A stretch of 62,019 nt of DNA, the filler included, from Thelocarpon superellum (taxonomy: Eukaryota), in assembly GCA_026025795.1 (NCBI GenBank). It is 8 parts of 8 records of this genome, joined end to end, with 100 filler letters (N's around TTAATTAATTAA, not from the genome) between each part and the next. Parts side by side here need not be neighbours in the genome. Positions count along the whole stretch, not along the records: positions 7,800 to 15,497 come from JAPEUG010000623.1; positions 15,598 to 23,268 come from JAPEUG010000624.1; positions 23,369 to 31,035 come from JAPEUG010000625.1; 5 more parts are not named here. One strand, 5' to 3'. This document shows positions 11,013-23,412 of this stretch, piece by piece. The translations under genes were made by a program, and so were the position numbers. A model generated the notes under the pieces. It did no database searches. It was not told the origin of the DNA and saw nothing but the letters and a program-made list of their open reading frames with translations. The first letter of the stretch is position 1; every line of letters begins with the position of its first letter.

Positions 11013-13947
11013 TTATTCCATCACGACGTCTCCAAAGAGACTGGCACGAACCTGAATGAGCGCGGCCAGCTCGAGAAGAAATGCTTGTAAAATGACCACA
11101 TTCGTCAAGAGATGACTGACCGTCACCTCCCCTCCCGTCACCACCTCTCGGTCATTGGCGTCGCTATGCACGCTGCTAGCGTCGCTGCTCGGGATGTCAC
11201 CTGATGCCACCAGCGCGAAGGGCACCTTGACTTCGCGCGGGACGCCAATCTTGCGGGTCAACCGCTCCTGCGCGTGCGAGGAAAACGTCGGAGGTTTCGG
11301 GGGTGAGGCAGACCGAAGTTCGCCTCGGAGAGGCGAAGGCGAGAATGCCCGGTCGCTGCTCTGCACGGGAGTCGGGGAGTCTAGCGGATGGGAGGAGTTG
11401 ACCTGCAGCCGAGCCTTGGGATGTGAGGTTGGAGCTTGCTGTCGGCCCCGAGGCGAGCTCGCACGGGAGATAGGGTCGGGCGTCCGGATATCGAAGATGC
11501 GCTGGGAGATGGAGTCGAGTGCCGTGGGCCGCTGACCAGGGCTCGGGGTCGGAGGCGAGATCGGAGAGCCCCCAGACATGTCGCCTGGCTGCCGGGGAGA
11601 CTGAGGCAGTGAGGAAAGCGCCTCGTTCAGCTCGTCACTGACCTGGAAAGCTTGCTTTCGCTCCGATACGTACTCGTCGAAATGAGGGATTTCGACGCGA
11701 TAGGCGTGTAGTTGCCGAATCAACGCCTCCAAAGCCGACAAGAGCGGTGGCCGTGGACCTGACGACCAGGACACCTGCTTGACATGCACGATCCGCGGGC
11801 CATCCGTTCCGTCCTTGGCGACCTCGCCGTCCGCCTCCGGAGGCACGTCTTGCTTCAGCGGATCCAGCAGTAGCCAACCCTCCAGTCTCATGTATCCGCA
11901 CGAGGCGAGATTGATGATAGTCTCGGTCACACTGAGGTTGGTATCAACGGAATTAGTGAAGAAATTGGTCAATACGGCCAGGATCGTTTTGAACAAGGGA
12001 TCGTCGGTCCGGAGCATGTGAGGATAGATGTCTCGTGGCCCACCGCCGACCATGAAGCTCGCGTTGGAAATCTTCGCCAACGAGACCGCACCGCTCTTGG
12101 CCGCCAGGAGGGGAGCTGAGCACGGGTGGCTCTCCAGCAAGGTGAGGTTATCCTTGACGTGGCCGTCGTAGGAGTCGTCAAAGTCATCCTCACCCCCAAT
12201 CTCGGCGACTAGCGAGAAGATGACTTCCAAATGTCGTTCGTGCGTCGCCATGGTCTGCTTCGGCAATGTGACGGGCGTGGGCATGGTGCGTAGCAGCGTG
12301 GAAATGGCATAACGGTGGTGTCGGCGCAGGATGACCGAAAGCAGCTTGAGCGTGGCCGTGACGGTTTGCTGGCTGGCCGAACGCAAGCTCGCAAGCACGA
12401 GATCCACCAAGTTGAATAAATCCGGCGTCGGATGATCCTCGCCCCCCGCAGTGCGAGTGAGCATCTCCAGTGACTTTCGCTTCCGATCCGCGCTGGGTGA
12501 AGTAGGGGTGGATCTGGTCGCCGGACGACGCTGGTCGGGGAGGGCGAGCAGGTAGTGCAAGATCAGATGGACGAGGTCGGGGTGATCAAGAGATTCGAGG
12601 ATGCGGCCGAGGTAGGTCAAGACCGCCACGGCGGAGCCTCCGTCCACATCCGAGGATTCCAACAACGAGGGATAGAGCAATTGCTCCAGGAAGAGCACCT
12701 GGAAGTGATCGAGCAGCGTTTGTTTGACCTCGACCGAGTTGCAATGCTCGAGCACATCCTGCCAGAAGACGAGATACGACAGAAAGGTGTCGAGGTGGGC
12801 TTGAAAGTCGGGCGAGCTGGAGCTCTCAGCGTGCGCATTGGGCGGGGGCCCGGTGTAGTCGGACAACGCCAGAATCGTGGGGAGTTCATGGTCGGCATAG
12901 GAGACGACCAGTTTTCTGGGCCCGTCAGCTAGGTCTATCCCGGAGGTGATGGCGGGGGTAAAGAAGGGTATCGGACCTGCTTAACTGGCTGTAAAGCGCG
13001 CCCAATCCACTCGCCATCAGCGTTGCCAGATCACTCTCGACCAGCCAACGCTCCAGCTCGAGAGAACTCGAGGCAGACTCAATGATGTAGAGCATGCCCG
13101 TCCGTGAAAAGTCGCCCACCCGGCCTTCATGATGCATGTAGCCCACGAGCAGGTAGAGGAGCGGAAAGTCTTCCTTATGGGTCACCCCTTCGAACGAGTT
13201 GACGTTCCGCCGGCCCGCATCCTCGGAGGGACGGTCAGTCCACTCGTCGCCGCTGCCGCTGCCGCCGACGTTCTGCGACGTGAACCAGTTGGGAAGAATG
13301 TCGGGTTGTAGACGGACCTTGGCCGCGATGCCGAACAGTAACTCCACCACCTCTCCTTCGGTTTCGGGTCCAAACATGACCGAGTTCGGTCCCGACACCT
13401 GTCCGACAAAGTCCATCAAGCTCTTGGCAAAGGTGGGGTCGTAGAGGAATTCTTCCTCTTCGCTGTCGATGAGCGTGCTAAAGGCCGCGATGGCCTCGCG
13501 AATGACGCCGTCATTGCGCGAGCTGGATGCGGCCTGTGAGATGGTGACATGAAGCTGGCTGGACGCCGCAAAGGCGAGGCACGGGTGCGGGACTGGAGAC
13601 CGAGCCTCTTCGTGGAGGACGGCGGTTAGGCGTTGCAGGTTGAGACGGAGCGATTCGCCTGGGGCAGGGTCGTAGTCGGACGGCAGTGGATTCCGAGAGC
13701 TCTGCTACAAGAAGTCAGCCGGGTAAAACTACTCGACCATCGAGTGGCTACTGACGACAAGCTGACTGTGGAGCTTCTTGAAGCGGGCGAGGCGCTGCTG
13801 GGGGCTGTTGCCAGTGGATGGCTTCGCCGTCGGCGAAGCGCCGATCCCGCCGATCAGCCGTGACCACTGTGCAATTGTATTCAGTGCCTGTAGTAGCAGA
13901 TGCGACCGTCAGAGATAGAGAGGGCATATGGGACGTACAAATTCCAT
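11013..13947 (-). CDS. Retinoic-acid-induced 16-like / FHIP (FAM160) protein, FTS-Hook-FHIP complex
   Basis: Spliced start MEF|WSRLIG (9-nt first exon, intron 13938-13867), EDFPLLYLL..HEGRVGDFSRTG, LMASGLGALYSQLSR|KL, LLYPSLLESSDVDGGS, C-terminal HLLTNVVILQAFLLELAALIQVRASLF. Confidence 0.88.
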
Positions 13948-14516
13948 GGCGTTGGCCTGCCCATCTTGGGCAGTAAGGAAGTTCGGGAGCTGCCCGTCAA
14001 TTGTCTTGATCGGCTTTGACTAAGCCAGTCCGAAAACCAGCCGCGATTGGCTTTGGCTCGAGATCGGGAAGCATCCTCACAAACGACTCTTCTCGCCCCC
14101 TCAGCTCCCAAATGTCTCTACGCAACAGCCTCTTGAGTCGATACAGCCCAGGGCTCATCTCGCAAGTATCACGCGACGCTGTGCTGTGCTTTTCATCGTT
14201 CTGTCGATGTTCAATGTGTGAGCTTGGTCTACGTCGTGGGCAGTTCACGCTACGGACGTTGACTTGCATCTTCTTGAGCCCCGTCTTACATCCTGCCCGA
14301 TTCCTGCCTTCCGCCTGCCTTCTCGGTGCTCCTACACCCTGAGCTTCTACGAGGCTGATGCATCTGTTCTGTCGCACGACCGTAGCTGGATCATGCAGGA
14401 TCATGCAGCGAAAGCTCCCGAGCATCTCTGCGCGTTGCCAGCCCCCTTCAACGCCAAGAATGCTCGCGATCCTGCCCTGGTACGCCAACGATGCAAACAC
14501 GCTGATCCATCGCAAG

Positions 14517-15259
14517 TCAAAACTCGTCGCTCTCCGTCCGCTTCTTCCGCGTGGGGGCCTTCTTCCGCTTCCCCTCGGCCGCGTCTGGTTCGTCTTCGGT
14601 CTTGTCGGTGGCATCCGGAATTTTGGAAGTGATGTCCCACAGGAAGTCTAGCTGCTTACTCCGCTCCACGCTTCGCTTCAAGTGGACGGCCGTGATGCGC
14701 TTGGATGACTTGGCGCTGGCCTCCTCGGCCGCGCTGGACACGAGCGCGATCATGAAGAGCTCGAGTGCTTTTGCTACGCTCGCGGTCAGCATCCAGGTCC
14801 CGCGCACCGGTCCGTCAGGGTGAGGTGGGGAGGAGACGTACAGACGGCGACGGGGGTGACTTGAGCCACTTTGCCCACGTCCTCGTCGGCTTGCATGATC
14901 CTCTTGATCCGCGCGACGGGGAATTTGGTTTTGACCTCGACATCCGCTTTCGGTCGGGCCGCGGCAACAGCTGGCGCCGCCATTCCAGACCGTCCGCGGG
15001 TCCGCAGACCGGGCGCTTCAGTCAAGGACCCCGACTCCGTGGCCGGTTGATATCTTTGCGGATTGCCGGGTACGGTTCCGTAGTGCGCATGCTCTGACGG
15101 CGGCGGTGGCGGATAGGGTGCGAGGTTGTAGTGCGCGGTTGCGTAGGGGGTGGGATATGCCGAGCTCTGTGGCTGATATACCGTGGGATCGGCTCGAAAG
15201 GTGGGATCGTGATAGGGGGTGAGGTCGGGCGATTCGGGTGCGTAGGAGCCCTCTTCCAT
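14517..15259 (-). CDS. BUR6: Negative cofactor 2 alpha subunit (DRAP1/Bur6), histone fold
   Basis: [38 protein letters not shown]. Intron 14841-14774. Confidence 0.92.
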
Positions 15260-15497
15260 CTTGACGGGGGCCCGTGTAAGGCCGCGGTAGATCACTTAGG
15301 GGGGACTGAAGGTGATGGAAGTGGTTCGCCCAGTGACCAGCACTTCAATGAATTGTGCACAAAGACGGTGGTGATAGCTCCGATCTGGGCACCCCGGGAG
15401 GATGCTGATTGGTCGAAGCGAGGATTGGAAGGATGCAGGACGACGTATGCAGGGCTGAACACATGCAGGACGGTTTTTGCCCGACCACTCCGCCTAT

Positions 15498-15597
15498 NNN
15501 NNNNNNNNNNNNNNNNNNNNNNNNNNNNNNNNNNNNNNNNNTTAATTAATTAANNNNNNNNNNNNNNNNNNNNNNNNNNNNNNNNNNNNNNNNNNNN
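15498..15597. other. Artificial contig spacer
   Basis: N44-TTAATTAATTAA-N44. Confidence 0.99.
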
Positions 15598-16035
15598 GCC
15601 TGAGCCACAGCGCTGGCCATCTGGTCGATGTGATATCCTACGGCCCCTCCTGCGAGATGCAATGGGCGATTACGACGTAGAAGAGGGAGTAAACGAGCTG
15701 TACCTGCCCTTCCCTGTGCCCACGCAGCATTGAGCCAGGCAGCAACACGTCGTTTCCAGCGCCGGGCGGCATTCGACCCGTCACGCAAGACCAGCGGTCG
15801 AGATCATTGTGGCCGCCGAGGCCGAGCAGCCAACCCCTTTGTCGAGGTATCCCAGTCATATTCTCTCTTTGCCCTTGACCATATATGGCTGCGCCATGGC
15901 CACTCATCTGTTGCATCGCACAGACAGTCCTTTTCTCCCCTGCGCCGCACGATCCATCCGTGCCTCTGCCATTTTGGGCATCTCAAGACGCTACGGGCAC
16001 GATTGACGCTATCCTTTCCAACTCCCAGCACCAAC

Positions 16036-17853
16036 ATGGGTGACATCTCGCCACCGAGCATCTCCCGCTCCAAAGGGGTTTCCCACGAGGGCGATTCGGG
16101 GCTTCTGCCCCAACCAGGACCGAGCTCGCCCGTACCGGACCGCGGCGGAGTGATCAAGGGCGTGGAGATTGGACAATGGAGGGTCGGTGACGATGTGCGT
16201 GCTCGCTGTCCTCGTCTGTCCGTACGCCGCAAGAGACCTAACAGATTCCGTGTTCCCAGCACCTCTCCAAAGTCTCATCCGCCGACTGCGATCTGCCGCC
16301 CGACGCCGCGGCGTATGCGGTGCTGCGCGACGGCAAGCTGTCAATCTTCTCGGTCGAGCCGGTGCTCAGTGCCATGTATGAATTGTTTCGCCAAGCCGTC
16401 AGCCCGGAGGACCCGGTCGCACGGTATGGCATTGGGGTCCGCCGACGCTCATCCAGCGCCGACAGTGGCGATGACGGACGGGCCAACAAACGTCGGTGCG
16501 CGACCTGCGTCTCCCACCTAGCCTCGCCTCACTTCAAGTTGGAGACGGAGGCAGCACAGCGGGCACTGCAGGCACAGCTGGCACAGAAGGCACAGCAGGC
16601 GCAGCAGACATCTCCGTCGCCGGCGCCAATGATTGACCTTGACCTGGTGCTGGAGCAACAGATGGAGATTGGCGAGTCGTCGACCGTGGAAGACTTCTAC
16701 CGCGCCCGGTTTCATGACCTGCAGCAATTGCACTGCAAGGTGTTGGCCAAGGCGTGGATCAAGAAGTTGGAGCCGCGCAAACAGACGACGCATCCTTATA
16801 AGGATGGTGACGATGCCGCTCCCGACTGGTGGCCTGCCGGCGTGAGACACCGCGAGCCTGATCATATCAAAAAAGAGCGTAAGTCGCGCCACCTTCGGGC
16901 ACATGCGCCAGGCTGAGCCGGCGCGCCTTTCTAGCACGCATCAAGCTTCTTCTCGCCATCCTCCGTGCCCACAAGGTCAGCGTGGAGGAGCTGAAGAGCG
17001 CGACCGACGAAGTGTCACTCAAGTGGGCGGACGACAGGAAGGACATCCTGGCCTCCATCTACCGCGTAGCGATGATCGAGGAGCAGCATATGCAGGGCGG
17101 GCTTGGTGAGTCATGTCACCCACGTGTGGCTCCCCAGGCCCACCGAACTCGTCACTAATGGTGCAAGGGTCGGGGACCATCGTGCATGTGCCGCCAGAGA
17201 TGAGCCGTCTCATGCCGCCGAGGCAAGGCGCGGGATCTTACCACCACAATGATGCGAGTGATGAGGACAGCGACAGCAGCGACGACCCGCCGCGCCGTTC
17301 CGATCCCGGCACCCTCGCTTTGTCCACCACTGCTGTTGCCCTAGAGCGTGAGTCGGGGCCGCCATCGGCAGGCCAACAGGCGCCGTCGCAGGCCAAGGAT
17401 TCGGGCCCACCGTTCACCGCCGGTCAGCCGATCCCCCGTGCTAGCCCAGCTCTCCCCAATTCGGCGTCTCGCTCGACGCCTCTGCGCCAGACCAGCGGAT
17501 CCGAGGCATCCCACCGTCCCCCTCGCCCGCCAACATCCGAGACCCTACAGCGGCGGCCGTCTTCGGTGCTGGCGCAGGCACGTGGACCCACAAGGAGTCC
17601 GTCGCAAGCGCCACAGCCGCCGCGGATTCATCTCCCGTTGCCGCCGGCGCTGTCTCGGACCGCCCTACCACCACCGGCGGCATCACCCTCTGCTCTTTCC
17701 CAGACGCGACCCTCTCGGACGCAATTGGGCGAAGGCGCGCTGCCCACCCTCGAGAGCCACCCGGCGAACGACACGTCGGCAGCGCGGCCTTACCCTCGAT
17801 CGGGCGCACCCCCGCCCACCTTGGCACCCACACGGATGCCACGTAGTACATGA
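16036..17853 (+). CDS. DUF2841 / YDR124W-like protein with Pro/Ser-rich tail
   Basis: FYRARFHDLQQLHCKVLAKAWIKKLEPRKQTTHPY..PDWWPAGVRHREPDHIKKE|.RIKLL. Introns about 16195-16259, 16879-16934 and one from 17106. Both termini uncertain. Confidence 0.8.
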
Positions 17854-18200
17854 CGGGACACGAGGACGGGTGAGTCGCCCCCGCCTCCACCGCCAACGAC
17901 CACATGCCGCGAAAGCAGAACGTTTGATGTCTCCCGTTTCATGTTTCATGTTCGAAGAGAAGGACGTCGGGTGCAATGTGAGTGCCTTGGAGTATCGCGC
18001 GCTTGGTCAGAAGACATGTGAGTATGGAAGCGTTTGGGCAATAATGGGACCATGCCGTGGAGGTATGAAGCACGTGAAGATCAGACTGGCGCAAATCATT
18101 GGACTCTGAAGGACAGATAGTAGTAACGTACGATAGTATAGCCAGTATTCTCTTCATCATTTAGCCCCATCGAGCCCGTTGCAGAGAATCTGGTGTGTCG

Positions 18201-18640
18201 TCAATTAATTGGCCAATTCTCCTGCCAGATTTCCGACTCGCGCTCATTGGGCGCAAAGGCCTCGATGACCTGTTTCGTCATCTGCCGCATCGCGTCCCGC
18301 GCCTCGTCATATTGATCCTCCCGCACGAGGCCGCGTTCGGGGAAGAGATGACGTGCGAGTTCCATCGCTGCCACCTGCCTCGCGCTCCTGAAGTGAGGTC
18401 GTCCGGCATCAGGATTCGCGACCTTGGCGACGATTTGTGCGCCATCATCCATGGTCAAGAGGAAGGCTTTGTTGTGCATGCCATCGGGATACTTTTCGAT
18501 TTTCACGCAGGACTCGGCGCCGACAGCGTCGGCAGCGCGACGTGTGAGCTCGTTGACGTTGAAGCGAGTTTATCGCCGCGCCACTTCATTGGCTTCGTCG
18601 CAGAGAAAACGGCCTCGAGTGAAATGAAAGTCTTCGTCTC
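18201..18640 (-). pseudogene. Relic of an aminoglycoside-phosphotransferase-family (Aim9-like) gene
   Basis: Reads DFHFTRGRFLCDEANEVARR*TRFNVNEL...KYPDGMHNKAFLLTMDDGAQIVAKVANPDAGRPHF...MELAR, then jumps directly to a C-terminal-type segment ending IWQENWPIN*. In-frame TAA at 18572-18570; no HxD/DW kinase core. Confidence 0.75.
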
Positions 18641-19368
18641 CGGGAAGGAAGGCTGGCTGAGGGCAACAATGGCGCAGACCCATGATGTTGAGACTTACCA
18701 TGCGTGGAGATATGAGATGCCCGCTGCATCATCGATTGTCTCATGATTCCATCGACTGGTCCGTTGGACAAACCAGCACAGCTACGGGCATATCGAAGCA
18801 ACACCGATGCATTTCCAAAGATACCCAAAGAACAGGCAATCGGTAGCAGAGCCTCGAGTGGGTCGGAGATCCAGGCGTTATGGATAGAGCGTGGATGTAA
18901 TGAGAATGCGGAGCTCGAAAGCTACGATCGAGGGACACATGGACGAAGAACGTCTCTGGCCTGGCTGGTCCAATTCACATTGAGCTCTCTGCATCCACGG
19001 CGTCGCTCCTGGTTCTCTTCGCCTGCTTCGATATACTGTGCCGAGCCCCATTGCTCTGCTCACGTTCTAAGTAGAACATTGACGAGATAAACCCTGACAT
19101 TGGAGGGGGATTCCCGATTGACCATTCCCACCGCAACTTGACTCGCGGATGACGCCGTTTTGTAAGAGAGCATCGGATCCACTCACCAACCCGCGCCACT
19201 ACTTCCGTAGAAAGTACGAAGTACCATTACGGTGAGCGTGGCGGGGCCACACCGCACCTTGGTCGCCGTAGGATTTTGGTGGTCCACGCGATTCGACGTG
19301 GTCCGCCAGTTTTTCTCGCGGCTAGCAACCGTATCGTCGACGACGCCGCGTGCCGCCAGATCATCACC

Positions 19369-20025
19369 ATGGCTTCCAAGAAGGACATGCGGCGCGAGGA
19401 TCTGGTGATTCCCTACCTTGAGTCAGCGAAGAAGGAATCCGAGGGCGACATTGCTAGTGAGTGACGCTGCGGTGCCTTGTACTCCATCCACGACGTATAC
19501 CGTGATGCTAATGCGCCCCAGGCACATTGTCCAGCACGCTCCCCATGGCTGCCATGTTTACGCGGAACAAGTGAGTGTGCTCTTGATAGGACAGACCATG
19601 GCATGAGATCTAATGGACATGGTGATACAGGTTGATTGGATGGTAGGCACTGACCCTGCTGGCGCCACCGCCACTGTCGCGTATCTAAGGGGATCACAGG
19701 ACGTCGGTGGTGTTGGCAGTGCAGGGCTGGCTGGCGGAAACCCCCGACCAGGCCAAAAAGTCGAGTCAACCGGCCATCTTCTCCATTGGCATGGCAGGTA
19801 TGTCGTCTGGTGCGGTTGAAGTGCCGCCGGCAAGGCTAATCACGTCGCGGCGGACAGTCATGGCATTGGCCGTGGTACGTCTGATGGCGCCATGCGTGCT
19901 ACTCTCCTTATCGACACTTCGACGCTGACTTTTCCCAGAGCTATGTCCAGCTCTTTCTTCCCCCACCTGGCGTGGGCCGAGGGGGAACCGGCACCGAAGC
20001 TCCGGCGCCAGTGCCGCCGTCGTAG
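19369..20025 (+). CDS. PAT complex subunit Asterix (UPF0139/WDR83OS homolog), 6 exons
   Basis: Spliced product MASKKDMRREDLVIPY...STLSSTLPMAAMFTRNKLIGWTSVVLAVQGWLAET...FSIGMAVMALAVSYVQLFLPPP. Five GT-AG introns, all preserving frame. Confidence 0.85.
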
Positions 20026-20588
20026 GTGTGGGACACCGTGTACAGGATCGGGTGTACTTGTATGCTTCAGGATTCATCGTTCACCTAATAGACCATCTAT
20101 GGACTGTGTTCCTCTGGGAACCATAACTGGTGCAATCTATGCCGGGGTGCTCGAAACAGAAGATGGCTCATAGCTAGCCAGGACGCATGATTCAACTGCG
20201 TTCTAGGGTCGCACCGCCACCTCTACCGCGTTGGATAGAGGCGCAGCGCCGGACAGCGGGCTGACTCACCGCTGTACCGAGTGCCGAGTACTCGTTCCTG
20301 AGGAGGTGAGTCGAACTCGCGTAAGTCAGACGGCGGTGGGGCCGTTTCTCTCGTGACTCCCGCCGCCAGTCCCTCATCACCCGGACCAGCGCCGGAATTC
20401 CCCCGCCACCACCTCCTGCAACACGACCAACACGACCAAGACAGCCAAGACAGCCAAGATTACCGCCACGCCGTTCATCCACCGCTGCCACCGTGCCTGT
20501 ACCATCCATCCCCGCCGCCATCTCCCGCGCTCTTGATTCATTCCCCCAAGACCCTCCGTCCGGCGATACCCCCGACACTCACGAGTTT

Positions 20589-21303
20589 ATGTCAATCGAA
20601 AATCTCAAGACCTTCGGTACGTGCGACGCATGGCGTGCGGCGCCCGACGCACGGCCGCCATCGCTTGCCCTCCTCATGCCCCTGACTTGTCCGCGCGTCC
20701 GTCGGGGTCGACGGCATCCTGGCGCGTCACGATGCATCCGCTCGAACCGACGGTGGCATCGCCGCGGCCGGCCGTCGTGTTCCTTGGCGCGGACCTTGAC
20801 GGCTTATCCCTCGTCTCCCGCTGGCAACGTGGGCTAACCCTCGCTCTTGCGACATAGACCCCTTCGCCGAAGCCGACGAAGATACTGGCGAAACAAAGCA
20901 GTCGCAGAACTACATCCATATCCGCATTCAACGTAGGTGTCACTGCGCCCGACTCGACCCGTTGGGGGCTGACGCGGCTGACGTGTCGCGCGGCAGAGCG
21001 GAATGGACGCAAGACCTTGACCACGGTGCAGGGTCTTCCCAAGAAATTCGATCAGAAGAAGATCCTCAAGGTGATCAAGAAGAAGTTCGGTAGGTGTCCA
21101 GGTCCACGTGCGCGCGCCCACGTGGTGGCATCGCTAACGTCCCCTCCATCGCAGCCTGCAATGGCACCATTGTCAACGACTCGGAGATGGGCGAGGTGAT
21201 TCAGCTGCAGGGGGACCAGCGCAAGGACGTGCAGGAGTTCCTGGTCGACAAGGCCGAAGGGCTGGAGCTCGACGCCAAGACGATCAAGGTCCATGGGTTC
21301 TAG
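20589..21303 (+). CDS. SUI1: Translation initiation factor eIF1
   Basis: MSIENLKTF|DPFAEADED..YIHIRIQ|QRNGRKTLTTVQG..KKKF|ACNGTIV..IQLQGDQR..IKVHGF. Introns 20617-20857, 20933-20996, 21090-21154. Confidence 0.98.
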
Positions 21304-21937
21304 ATGCGCCACGCCCCGTCCTGCCCCCTCCCATCCGGGGCCTCGCTCGGTCTGTACCCGAGCCGGACGGAAGTCGTGCCGCCATCGCCTTCATGCGCGC
21401 TTCCTGCCGGGGCTTGGAGTACTTGACGAGGTCTGTCTGGCACGTGCGACGGGACGGGGCGGGATCGTGGGCGGATTTAGATCTCGCGGCGTTTGGCGAT
21501 GACCATGAGTGAGCGCGAGCGGGCTGAGAGTGGAGTGTAGAGCGTCGACGCACGGCGGTACAAGCATGCGGGACAAAGACGCGGTAGTACGAGTATACGT
21601 CGGTGCTGCTTTGTTGTGGAGGTACCTTGTCGCGATCCTATTGTTGCCGTCACTGTTTCTGTGTCTGTTTCTGCTCCTGTGTGTCTGGAGTGCGAGGTGA
21701 GAGGAGGCGGGAGGAGAGGAGAGCACGAAGTGCCCATGCGTCTAGTCCTTACAGTGAACCAATCCTCCCAGGGCATCAGTACTCGTACCTCTCTGCATGC
21801 CGCCTGCCTACCTGACGTGTGTCTCAAGATGCGAAGGAAGAAGAACGAGATGTACAAAAGCCGAGGGCTTGCTAAGAACCAAGATCTGCACGACCCATGC
21901 ACACATTCCATCACAATGCACCGTCGCTCCACCTCCC

Positions 21938-23070
21938 CTAGCCCCCGGCCACTCCCAGACCCAAGCCCAAGCCCGTGTTGGTTGCGGGCGTAGGAAGGCC
22001 GGCTCGGTGGTCGCGCAAAGGCCCTACCCAATCGAGCGCGACCCGAGCCATGTGCTTGCAGAGGACGACGAGCGGCGCGAGGGCCTCCGTCTGCGGCTCG
22101 CGCGTGAGATGGAGCTGCAACAGCAGGGCGCACATGCTGATGAAGCTCGCGATGGAGAAGACGCTGATGCTGGCGCTCGTCTCCTTGGTGATGTTGGACG
22201 TGATGTTGGTCATGTGGTACAGCACCGTCAGGGTCTGCGAAGAGTGTCCAACAGTTAGTGACGGTCACGCCGGAGAGGTGGAGGAGGCACGTACGCTCGC
22301 AATAGCGATCCACGCCGGCAAGAGAAGACGCGTATCGTGGGTCCAGCCGGACAGGTACAGCACCCACGACGTGATGTAGGCATTGATGGCGTTGACGCTG
22401 AGCAGGCGGATGATGGTGGCGGTGGGGGTGTAATTGAGGAGCCTGTGCGACGCGTCAGCCAGCTCCCTGGGGGCTTGACCGGCCCAGGAGCGACCGACCA
22501 TCGCGACATCAGACAGTCAATGAAGAAGAAGGAGAGATAGGCAGAGGCGCAGCACTACCATCCGTCCCAGGGTCAGAGAGTGATCGGTCGAGAGCAAGGC
22601 AGCAGGAAGACTCGTACCCAGAGCACGGACAGAAAGACCTCCGTCACTCGAAAGCGCTTCTCCACTTCCCACGTGGCCGCGGCGTCGCCGTCGATCAAGA
22701 CCAGCTCGGTCAAGAGGGTCAGCGCGCACCGGAGGCCCCACCAGCTGGCGGGCGCGACGGAGAGGGCGCGACAGGCCTGCAACGGCGCCAACCAGTGCCG
22801 GCCCACGCCCAGAGCGACGGCGATGCGCGGGTGCGACACGGACCCTGCATTGGCCGCCCTGTCCTCTCCGTCCTCTCTGTTCGCTTTGTCATCGCGACTG
22901 GCGGTCGCTGCCGCATATGAGGGCGGACGACCATCCGCAGAGGCCGGACATGGCGAGCCGGTGCGCGAGGCAGCGCGGGTAGCCAGGTAGCTAGCGGAAC
23001 AACGGCATGTGCTGCCGCGGTGCAAGGAGCAGAGTGGGGAGGAGGGGGGAGGAGTGAAGCGGATCTGCAC
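21938..23070 (-). CDS. EOS1: Eos1-like ER membrane N-glycosylation protein (start uncertain)
   Basis: HPRIAVALGV..CRALSVAP..TEVFLSVLW|CSASAYLSFFFIDCLMSRW|LLNYTPTATIIRLL..LLLPAWIAIAS|TLTVLYH..NITKETS. Three introns. Confidence 0.82.
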
Positions 23071-23268
23071 CGGATGCAGAGACCCGCAATGTCAGTGCAG
23101 GACAAGCAGACGTGGGTGCGCGTGTGCAAGGTGGTAGGTGTGGAGTCGAGTGAACCGGCACCTGAGCTGGAGATGGGCGGGAGCTGAGCTGGAGCACTTG
23201 CACCCTGCTCGACTGCTTGATCGCTACGCCGAGGATGGCGAAGCCCTGGGAACTGGCCGGTGCCGTCA

Positions 23269-23368
23269 NNNNNNNNNNNNNNNNNNNNNNNNNNNNNNNN
23301 NNNNNNNNNNNNTTAATTAATTAANNNNNNNNNNNNNNNNNNNNNNNNNNNNNNNNNNNNNNNNNNNN
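23269..23368. other. Artificial contig spacer
   Basis: N44-TTAATTAATTAA-N44. Confidence 0.99.
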
Positions 23369-23412
23369 CCGAGGACAGAGCAGGATCCGGTTCTTCCACC
23401 AATTCGGGCAAG

